Shown here: positions 55,822-64,000 of the stretch, piece after piece
Layout: each line of letters begins with the position of its first letter
Numbering within the stretch: position 1 is the first letter of the stretch
Source: Veleropilina oligotropha
Taxonomy: Eukaryota
Reading direction: 5' to 3'
Assembly (NCBI GenBank): GCA_048128005.1
Contig: JBEUKZ010000009.1
Span: 248,001 to 312,000 of the forward strand
Length of the DNA stretch: 64,000 bases
Made by a program: the position numbers and the translations under genes
The notes under the pieces: generated by a model
The model's input: the letters and a program-made list of their open reading frames with translations, nothing else
Database searches by the model: none
Told to the model about the DNA's origin: nothing

Positions 55822-58070
55822 ATGGTCCGGTGCAGTAGCTCCGGGTGTAACCAGAAAATTCACGGGTTTGATAAGCACAAGGAATGCCGTATTCACCGTA
55901 CTTGTAGTCTTAATCTTCAATGTGATCTGTGCCTTCTTTTATCAGATAAGCAGTGGGCGGTTCTAGCCCACCAGGGTAAGTCGACCAGGGCGACTGCCAC
56001 GGTGGGTCCTTCCCCTGAGATGGGTCAGGAAGAGGCGAGTAAGTTAACGAGTTCCCTTAGGGGTTCCGTAAGGGATAACGTTTCTTCTTTCTCTGATTCA
56101 GGGACGCTAATGGACGCCAGCAGACCTAAGGGGCCAGCTGTCGCCGGAACGGCACCCGGCGCAACCTCCGCGACTCTTGGGGGAGTCACCGAAACCTCGC
56201 CGGGACCCCAGATTCAGGTAACGGCCCGAGTGCCGACCGTTCCTCCTCAAACGGGCCAAGTAACTGCAGCCAACCATACCTTGCCGGCTAGCAAGGTATA
56301 TCTGGCAGCGCAGAGAACAGCTGAACAGGGCAGACAATCCCCATCCTTTTCTTCGGCCTCGAAGAATAAGGTGACAGTTAGTCCTTCTGCGGGAAACTCT
56401 CCGTCTTGCGACGGGGACAGACTCAATGCAGAGAAAGCCTTTAAAGAGGCCGGGCACCTACTTGTAGGTCTAAGACTCGGACAATCGGCGACACCTGAAT
56501 CCTCGATCGAGACCGACGCGACTACCCCTAAGGGTTTTCCGCTCAACCTCGAAGCTCACGAGACGTTCAGAGGGCCCCTACTTTCCCGTGCACCCACGAT
56601 GGTCACGCTAGAGAAAGGGGACAGACCGGCTGCGTTCGGGACGGGGTTCTACGGCGGTTTTCCGACCGTGCCTCTCCCGAACAGAGTGGTAGACCGATCT
56701 GAACTGTTGCCGCAGTTCTATCGGTCGTCCGGCCCACTGACTGCGCCTTCGGGCCAGCCCTTCGGGTTCGACCCCTCGACAAGTGCCCTAGGACCCTGGT
56801 CCTCGGTTCGACCTGTCAATGCAGCCCGTCTACCTAGCGCCACGGTTTCCTCGACTGAACTACAGGCTGTTAGTTCGACGCCCGTCCTGCCTCAGGGTTT
56901 CTCTTTGGAGAACGTCCAGGCATGGATCGCGGCGGGGATCGAGGAACGGTGTAAGGCCTGGCCGACGGCTCCCCAGCCGCGCCTGGTACCTACACATCTG
57001 CCCTTGGCGCAGAGCACGGCTCCTGCCTCCGTGATGGAGATCGACCCTCGTTCCGACGAGGACCTCGATTCCCTTCACTCCGACCTCCCTGAATCGGTCG
57101 GGCCCGAAGATGCTAGTCTTTCAGGCACGCAGGAGCCGACCTCCTCCACCCGCCGAAGGCTCGACGCCGTTGCGTCACTTCGCGGGGTGCTTGGCTTGTC
57201 GGAACCGACTCGGTCGGCTGTAGACGTAGCCAAGCACAGGACGGCAGCACATCGGTTTGTTGCGAGGGAAGCCCCCGAGCTCCCCTCCTTACCTCAGTCT
57301 GGGTTGGTTGATCTTGTCGTCGACTCGATCACCAAGCTCATTCAGGGGCGCAATCCAGTGGAGTCCTCCCCGCTGAACGAGTTCCCTTCGGGGTTCCGTA
57401 GTGGGAGGTTCCTCCGGGCCAGTTCGCGAGCGATCCCGTTCATCTGTACTGGTCCGTGCCTAGCGACTAACCCGGCTCGTGTAGACGCTTCGTTGCATCG
57501 ACTGACCGCCAGTCACACTCCCTCCGTGAGAGCGCCGCCCGACGGGCTCTGCGGCTGTCGTCCGTGCAGGATTTTTTCCTGGACGGTGCGATAGCCGTAC
57601 TACAGGAGGATGGACCCGGCGCCCACGAGGCTGCCCTGTCCTTCCTCCAGGAGGTTGCTGCCGCGCAGGAGACCAGCGCGTTGGAGACGGGACGTGTCCT
57701 GGGCAATGCGCTCCTACTTCGTAGGGACGCTTGCCTGGAAGGCACCTCGCTAGACGAGGCCACCCGGTGCTCGTTGCGATGCGTGCCTTGCTCGGCCACC
57801 ACTCTCTTTGGCGACAACTTTTCGGAGTTTGTCGACAAGAGAGCGGCGGATATGAAGGACCGTGCCATCGAGAAGGCAGTACTGCTCCCCACCCGGGGTC
57901 CACCTGCCAACTCGAAGAAGCGCTCCGGGCCCACCCCGGCCCCGAAGCCTTCTAAGCGTGCGAAGCCCTCTTCGGGTGGTAGGCCTCCGGCCAATAAACC
58001 CACTCCAAAGAGGCAAGCACCTCCAGCGAAATCCCGTAAGCAGAGCGGGAGAGGGAAGCCTCGGCCCTAG
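55822..58070 (+). CDS. DIRS ORF1 gag-like protein, frameshifted at 57527/57528 by a 34-nt deletion
   Basis: ATG 55822, N-terminal Cys/His cluster CSSSGC..HKECRIHRTC..CDLC; C-terminal LLLRRDACL..P..LFG and basic tail in ORF 57564..58070. Confidence 0.8.
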
Positions 58071-60144
58071 GGCTGCCGGCATTCGCGACGGTCTCAGTTG
58101 CCCGCTTCCGCCGGTGGGAGCGTGCCTGTTAGCGCACAGCCAGTCGTGGCTAGAGCTGACAGACAGCAACTGGGTCCACTTAGTCGTGAGTGCCGGATAC
58201 AAGTTGGCATTCAACCGGCATCCGACCTTAACCGAGGCACCACCACCAAGACACGCTCGTCTCCTAAACGGAGAGAAACAAGCGGTCTTAGACCAGGCAG
58301 TGCGGGATTTGCTCCTAAAAAGAGCGATATATCCCGCGCCGCCCAGCACACCAGGATTTTACAGCCATTTCTTCCTGGTCCCGAAACCCGATGGCCGCTG
58401 GAGACCGATCCTCGATCTCTCATATCTCAACCGATATCTTCGTACCGAGAAATTCCAGCAAGAAACCCTCTCGAAGATTCGAGCGGCCATCCGTCCGGGC
58501 GACTGGGCAGCGTCTATCGATCTGGCCGACGCGTATCTGCATGTCCCGATGCATGTCACGGCTCATCAGTACCTTCGGTTTATACACGGGGAGACGATCT
58601 ACCAATTCAGGTGCCTACCGTTCGGTCTATCATCAGCCCCGTACGTCTTCACGAGAACAGTACAGGCCCTCGGGGCCTTCCTACACTCTCTAGGGCACAG
58701 GGTACATATGTACCTCGACGACTGGCTGATCCTCGGGGCGTCCCGGGATCTGTGCCTCCAGTCTACGAGCTTTACCCTGTCATCGGCGAAGCGCCTGGGA
58801 TTTCAGATCAACGAGACAAAATCCTGCTTCGTGCCCTCGACGACGTTTACGTTCCTCGGAGTCGACTTCAATGCGGTCCGGTACACCGCGAAGCCGACCC
58901 AGCAGCGTATGCGGAACCTACGCGCGGTTATCCAAGACACCCTGTCATCGGACATAACTACGGCGCGACGACTGGCCACTGTCCTAGGGCACATCGAGTC
59001 GGTAGCGACCCTGCTACCGACGGGTCGCATGGACAAACGACCGTTGCAGCAGGCGTTCAGGGATCGCTGGATACAACGGACGGGGCAGTGGACGGATCGC
59101 ATCGATCTACGGCATTGGTTTACCAGCACAACAGCAGTGTGGTTGAACCCTGCTTTGCCGGACCAGTCGGTTCCTATCTCCCCGCCAGAGCCGAACGCTT
59201 ACCTGTTCACAGACGCTTCGAACGACGGCTGGGGTGGTCACCTCGACAGTCACGAGACATCAGGCCTATGGCCGACGGACCTTCAGGGACGACACATCAA
59301 CTTTCTAGAGTTAGAAGCAGTCTACCTGTCAGTACGGTCCCTCTCGTCACATCTCCGCTCCAAGCATATAATGCTCGCCACGGACAACACGACTGTCGTC
59401 GCTTACATCCAGCACCAGGGCGGCACTCGCTCGCGTCCCCTTTGCGACCGAGCAATAGACCTACACCGCCTAGTGATGTCCCTCAACTCGACGATTCGAG
59501 CCCGACACATCCCGGGAAAGCTGAATGTCAGAGCGGATTCGCTCTCTCGGAGATCACAGATTATACACACAGAGTGGACGCTACACAGCCGAGTAGCTCG
59601 GGATGTTTGCCGCCGGTGGTCGCAACCCCAAGTCGATCTGTTTGCAACAGAATTCAATTACCGACTACCTCTGTATGTCTCCCCGTACCCGGACCCGGCC
59701 GCCCTAGCGGTCGACGCACTGTCAATGACATGGGAGAATCTGTCAGCGTATGCCTTCCCCCCGTCGTGCATTCTATCACTGGTATTACAGAAGGCATCGA
59801 ACGAACGTTGCGAGATAACGCTAATAGCGCCCCTGTATCGCACGCAACCTTGGTTTCCGACCCTCCTCGATCTGATCGTCGATCGACCGTTAGCGCTACC
59901 GCAGAAACTGGACCTGTTAATGCAGCCACGCACCCGTGTACTCCACGAATCGCCGAACGACTTACGTTTACACGCCTGGCGGTTATCGAACGATCCCTTG
60001 CTAAGAAAGGATTTTCTAAAGCTACAGCCCTACGCATCTACCGATCGAGAAGGCTTTCCACGACAAAAGTTTATGACTACCGATGGGTTAAGTACGTGGA
60101 TTGGTGTCACAGCAGGCAGGTCAATATACTCCGTCCCCCTGTGA
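57862..60144 (+). CDS. DIRS reverse transcriptase - RNase H - methyltransferase-like ORF
   Basis: FLVPKPDGRWRPILDL, IDLADAYLH, LPFGLSSAP, YLDD; TDAS, LELEAV, TDNTT, NVRADSLSR; VDLFA...YAFPP; start uncertain (GTG). Confidence 0.95.
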   Translation: MPSRRQYCSPPGVHLPTRRSAPGPPRPRSLLSVRSPLRVVGLRPINPLQRGKHLQRNPVSRAGEGSLGPRAAGIRDGLSCPLPPVGACLLAHSQSWLELTDSNWVHLVVSAGYKLAFNRHPTLTEAPPPRHARLLNGEKQAVLDQAVRDLLLKRAIYPAPPSTPGFYSHFFLVPKPDGRWRPILDLSYLNRYLRTEKFQQETLSKIRAAIRPGDWAASIDLADAYLHVPMHVTAHQYLRFIHGETIYQFRCLPFGLSSAPYVFTRTVQALGAFLHSLGHRVHMYLDDWLILGASRDLCLQSTSFTLSSAKRLGFQINETKSCFVPSTTFTFLGVDFNAVRYTAKPTQQRMRNLRAVIQDTLSSDITTARRLATVLGHIESVATLLPTGRMDKRPLQQAFRDRWIQRTGQWTDRIDLRHWFTSTTAVWLNPALPDQSVPISPPEPNAYLFTDASNDGWGGHLDSHETSGLWPTDLQGRHINFLELEAVYLSVRSLSSHLRSKHIMLATDNTTVVAYIQHQGGTRSRPLCDRAIDLHRLVMSLNSTIRARHIPGKLNVRADSLSRRSQIIHTEWTLHSRVARDVCRRWSQPQVDLFATEFNYRLPLYVSPYPDPAALAVDALSMTWENLSAYAFPPSCILSLVLQKASNERCEITLIAPLYRTQPWFPTLLDLIVDRPLALPQKLDLLMQPRTRVLHESPNDLRLHAWRLSNDPLLRKDFLKLQPYASTDREGFPRQKFMTTDGLSTWIGVTAGRSIYSVPL

Positions 60145-61055
60145 ACAAGTTTATCGAGTTTTTATCGTCGCTCTTCGACCGCGGTATGTCAGTGTCCGCC
60201 GTCAAAGGCTATCGGGCAACGATCGCGACCACGTTAAAACAGTGTCGTGCCCATGCTGGCCTCTCTAACGACCGTACGATTTCAGATTTTATTCGATCCT
60301 ACGAACTCGAGATGCCGACCCGAACCATTCGGCCACCTGCCTGGAATATTGTTCTAATTCTTAACGCTCTACACTTACCCCCGTACGAGCCGATGTCCAC
60401 GGTGTCTATGAAGAACTTAACGCACAAAACAGTTTTTCTGATCGCCTTAGCGTCGGGCAGGCGTTGTTCCGAGATTCATAGCTTATCCGCCGAGCTCCGT
60501 GATATTAGATTCCAGTCAGACGGGTCGGTGATGCTGCGTCCTGTTCTGGGCTTCCTCGCCAAGAACCAACGGCCGAACGAGGACGCACCTGATATTATTA
60601 TTCCCAAGCTTACGCTGGTCGGAAGGCATGATGAAGACCGGTTAAATTGCCCCGTACGGGCCCTGCGCTTCTACCTCGACAGAACCCGTGATCTACGACA
60701 AGGAAAATTGCGTTTATTCATTTCGTATTTACCTTCCTTCACCCATGACATTACAAAGACTACTGTTTCGCGGTGGATTTCACAGGTGGTGAGAGATGTG
60801 TACTCTCGCTGTGAAGAAGTAGACCGCACTATTTTATCCGTGCGCGCGCACGAGGTCCGTGCAATCGCTGCGTCCATTGCCTTCCGACATAATTTAAATA
60901 TTACAGCGTTGCTTCAAGCGGGTTACTGGAAGACTGCCAATGTCTTTGTTAAGTATTATCTGCGGGACTATTCAACCGGGGCTGACGGGTTGAGCACCCT
61001 ACAGTGTGTGGCTGCTCAACGTTGTATTGTTCGACCGAGGTCGTCTAATCAGTGA
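58098..61055 (+). CDS. DIRS tyrosine recombinase ORF (YR domain in the C-terminal ~360 aa)
   Basis: ASGRRCSEI (R), LAKNQ (K), AHEVR (HxxR), AGYWK (W), FVKYYLR (Y), CPVRALRFYL; start uncertain (TTG). Confidence 0.93.
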   Translation: MPASAGGSVPVSAQPVVARADRQQLGPLSRECRIQVGIQPASDLNRGTTTKTRSSPKRRETSGLRPGSAGFAPKKSDISRAAQHTRILQPFLPGPETRWPLETDPRSLISQPISSYREIPARNPLEDSSGHPSGRLGSVYRSGRRVSACPDACHGSSVPSVYTRGDDLPIQVPTVRSIISPVRLHENSTGPRGLPTLSRAQGTYVPRRLADPRGVPGSVPPVYELYPVIGEAPGISDQRDKILLRALDDVYVPRSRLQCGPVHREADPAAYAEPTRGYPRHPVIGHNYGATTGHCPRAHRVGSDPATDGSHGQTTVAAGVQGSLDTTDGAVDGSHRSTALVYQHNSSVVEPCFAGPVGSYLPARAERLPVHRRFERRLGWSPRQSRDIRPMADGPSGTTHQLSRVRSSLPVSTVPLVTSPLQAYNARHGQHDCRRLHPAPGRHSLASPLRPSNRPTPPSDVPQLDDSSPTHPGKAECQSGFALSEITDYTHRVDATQPSSSGCLPPVVATPSRSVCNRIQLPTTSVCLPVPGPGRPSGRRTVNDMGESVSVCLPPVVHSITGITEGIERTLRDNANSAPVSHATLVSDPPRSDRRSTVSATAETGPVNAATHPCTPRIAERLTFTRLAVIERSLAKKGFSKATALRIYRSRRLSTTKVYDYRWVKYVDWCHSRQVNILRPPVNKFIEFLSSLFDRGMSVSAVKGYRATIATTLKQCRAHAGLSNDRTISDFIRSYELEMPTRTIRPPAWNIVLILNALHLPPYEPMSTVSMKNLTHKTVFLIALASGRRCSEIHSLSAELRDIRFQSDGSVMLRPVLGFLAKNQRPNEDAPDIIIPKLTLVGRHDEDRLNCPVRALRFYLDRTRDLRQGKLRLFISYLPSFTHDITKTTVSRWISQVVRDVYSRCEEVDRTILSVRAHEVRAIAASIAFRHNLNITALLQAGYWKTANVFVKYYLRDYSTGADGLSTLQCVAAQRCIVRPRSSNQ

Positions 61056-61889
61056 GTATTATTTGTTGATTGATCAATTTACATAATTCTTGCTGTCGCA
61101 TTGTTATTTGTTGGCCTTGTTGTTCTATGAAATGAACACATACGAGGCAATTCAATGTCTGTTCATTTCTTAAAAACATTTTAAGATCTTGATACTTTCA
61201 TGTCATACCTGAGTATATTGACACGCCAGATTACATTGAATTAATAAACAATCATATTGCAAAATCTTATTTGATTTGAGGTTCAATATTATTGATGTTC
61301 TATGCTGTATAGAACATACGATGTTCAAGACATTTGAAAAAATTTAATATTTGCTTCCTTAAATTTTATTTTAAGTAACATGTCGTACATATTGGCTTCC
61401 TTAAAAAATTTATTTTAAGTGACATGTCGTACATGTTAGCGTTTCGCAAGTTGGTCATGCGAATCAATTATTAATATCGATTATTTATTTAATCTATTAA
61501 TTCTTTGCTTTGATTTCACGCTTTCACAACCTATTAGGTTCCGTGTGCTTACAAATCCGACTGCATCCTCTGGCTACCGGCCTTTGGCCAGGAGTACCAT
61601 TTGGCTGCCACTGGCCCATGACACGTAAGACCTACAGGGATTCATCCTTCCGGCCGTGCCTGGGGCTGATTGCACTTCCGTTCACCTCGTCCGACTAACA
61701 CCACGGCGTATTCTCCCGGTAACACTGGTCGAAATTCTCGCTTGGTAAGAGTTGAATATAATTCTCAGCAAATTCCACTCTGGGCGGACACAATCGACGC
61801 TTCGAGCTGATTGACATGGTGAAAAGTAAGTCATTATCTTGTTTGGGTTTACTGTAAGGAACTTCTTACCCACCTATCCAAGGTTATTC

Positions 61890-61979
61890 TGGCAAGAGTA
61901 AGGACGTAAGTAAGTTTGTAACTACATATGAGGTTTTAATTTAAACCTAATATTAGTTAAAACATACTTACGTCCTTAC
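61890..61979 (+). other. Internal complementary region (ICR) of DIRS copy 2
   Basis: Reverse complement of the left terminus fused to the reverse complement of the right terminus at ...CTACATATGAGG... Confidence 0.95.
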
Positions 61980-62037
61980 CACGATTACCCACCCTGCTTC
62001 GCATTCCTCCCCTCTACTAAGTTCCTTTGGGGTTCTG

Positions 62038-62240
62038 AACTTTGAATTGATGTCTGGTGACTTGATAGCCCGGATGTCTCGCGAGACTTGGCGAGATCTC
62101 GCTGGAGGAACTTAGAGAGAAGGGAAGCAGGGCGGGGGGTCGTGGTTGTTTTTGACTTATTTAGTGCATAAATGTGACTTTATTCACTGTTTCCGGTTAG
62201 CGATAATATGACTATTATGGCAAGAGTAAGGACGTAAGTA
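62038..62240 (-). repeat. Right ITR of DIRS copy 2
   Basis: Reverse complement of 54868-55070. Confidence 0.95.
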
Positions 62241-62581
62241 TGTTTTAACTAATATTAGGTTTAAATTAAAACCTCATTTTAGCGTGTAACAAGCTAGACA
62301 GGTGCGGGGTCATACTAAGGTCACACGTCTGTAGTGCTTGAAGCCAAACTTTGACTACGCCCAATTCTAACTTTGGCCTGCCCAGTCTCGTTTTCGAATT
62401 TCTTATTAGCAAAAATTATCTACTCCAACTCTGCACAAAGAGTCAAATAGCAGAACTTTTTAAACCGTTCGCGCAGAACAATATGCAAGTTCTAACACAT
62501 CATTTGTATTGGGAAGAGAAAACTAGGCTTCTTGTCGAAGTTAATATCGTGAAAAGTTGAGCACGGTCGAAGTGGGAAGTG

Positions 62582-64000
62582 CAGACCTGTCAATGCTCCC
62601 GATTTCGGCGGGAGGGTCCCGCTTTCTGACCCCGTATCCCGCCAGCCTGTCATTGCTCCCGATTCTGGCGGGAGGGTCCCGATTTCGGCAGAATGGTCCC
62701 GTATCCCGTCAAACGCAACTTTTCTCACGTATCTGGCATTAACTGTACTTGCCTTAAAATGTGATGTCTCCAAAACGCACCAAGTAAATCCTATTCACAC
62801 ACATAATCGCGACACAACAGAATCATATAGCCAACTAATTTGTCGGTCTCTAACTCTGAATTGTTGACACAGCATTTTTCTGCTAATCAATTTGCCGTCT
62901 CTTTGTTCTACTTTCAATCTATCAGTTAACAGCAAATAGGTCACGCACGACTGTAGGTTCTTTCACACGCCAAATTAGTCCTTTGTCTACTGAAGTGGAT
63001 GCGTAACTAGCAATTATATTTCCAAGCTAAAGCAAGGTTCTTTTGATCTACATAAAAGTTACTTGATGTTTTTTATCAAACAGTTTGATCGATTTAATCA
63101 AACAGTGGGCCGGCGTTGAAACATTGAAGCGTGCTTTTGTGTTGATAGTAATTGTCGCGCAGTAATTTCGGGAACTATTTACGGAAATATACGAGTGTTT
63201 TCCGACTTTCATATCTCTTTATATTGCATTACAAAATAATCTCGCACCGGGTATTTAAATTTGTACTATTTAATAAGAAGATAATTTTCGAATCAATGTT
63301 GTGATCTATTTGATGTAGGACCGTAGTTCACAAAGAATTAGATGTCAATAGAGCTAATAAAGCAAATTAATTGGGAATAAATTCTATGAAAATGTCTATT
63401 GTTTAATTACTCATCAAGATTTTCAGTAGAGTTGCCAAATAATAGGGATTAGCGCAACTGACATGCTCTGAGCTCGAGTGATTTAATACAAGTTTGCGTT
63501 TATCGGCAAAGTACGGTACATAGCTATTAGGCCTAACCGAAAAGGTAATCTGGATTGTCCGCAAGAACTTTTAAAAATATAAGATTATTAATGATAATCG
63601 GCTTTTTTAGGTTTAATTTTGTTATGACAACATATGTTACTATGCTGATCAAGTAATTAAGTAATTAAGGCTGTGCATGTTGTACTTTACTGAAGATATA
63701 TACAATAAGAATTGTAAATATTTAAGGTTGTATTACATCATAAATTAATTGTCTTGATGTATTATTTTGTGGACACTGGTAGCAATAATTAATACTATTA
63801 ACATTTATTTAATATGTTACTATGGCATGATATGAGCATTGTACATTACATTGTATATTTGGATTGCATATATATATATATAGTGTTAATTAATTAACAG
63901 TCTTGGTGCATCAATTATTATTATTCATTTAATTAGTCTACCATGCCATGATATTTGCACAGTTGTTTACATTGTATAGACATGTTTTAATTGTTTGTAT
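62582..64000. mobile_element. Second copy of the CAGACCTGTCAA hAT-like element (runs off the right edge)
   Basis: 62582-63010 is almost identical to 51802-52230; further shared blocks at ~63116-63340 and ~63925-64000. Confidence 0.85.

Larger units (their letters stand above)
54851..62277 (+). mobile_element. DIRS1-type tyrosine-recombinase retrotransposon, copy 2 (7427 bp, nearly intact)
   Basis: 203-bp ITRs, unique left (17 nt) and right (37 nt) extensions, ICR, gag plus overlapping RT/RH/MT and YR ORFs, no conventional TSD. Confidence 0.97.

Noticed and set aside
56107..60877. Many antisense ORFs in the DIRS elements
   Set aside because: Expected in GC-rich coding DNA; no recognisable motifs; recurrence in copy 1 reflects nucleotide identity
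61682..61873. Conserved 63-aa antisense ORF (also 49458-49649)
   Set aside because: Non-ATG start; the region is near-identical between copies, so conservation is uninformative

Overview
AT-rich, repeat-dense animal genomic DNA; the repeat families suggest a marine invertebrate, probably a lophotrochozoan, but this is inference. The only host gene I can support is a minus-strand, intron-containing RecQ5-type helicase (RECQL5): six phase-consistent exons from ATG 10883 down to 1963, running off the left edge. The rest is mostly transposable elements: Helentron-associated (HINE-like) elements with satellite arrays, a Penelope fragment with an inverted pLTR and decayed hammerhead motif, CR1/L2 and RTE LINE relics, an Academ transposase relic and a foldback Academ-like element, a Harbinger relic, hAT-like MITEs and a young tRNA-derived SINE family. 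The main feature is a pair of full-length DIRS1-type tyrosine-recombinase retrotransposons (42740-50056, decayed; 54851-62277, nearly intact), each with 203-bp ITRs and an internal complementary region (ICR). Comparing the two shows a shared target motif (TAT[A/T]TTAGCG), ICR/terminus covariation, a 34-nt gag deletion in the intact copy, a gag TAG in frame with a ~3-kb open recombinase frame, and a candidate leader intron. Coordinates were read by eye; boundaries of decayed repeats are approximate.
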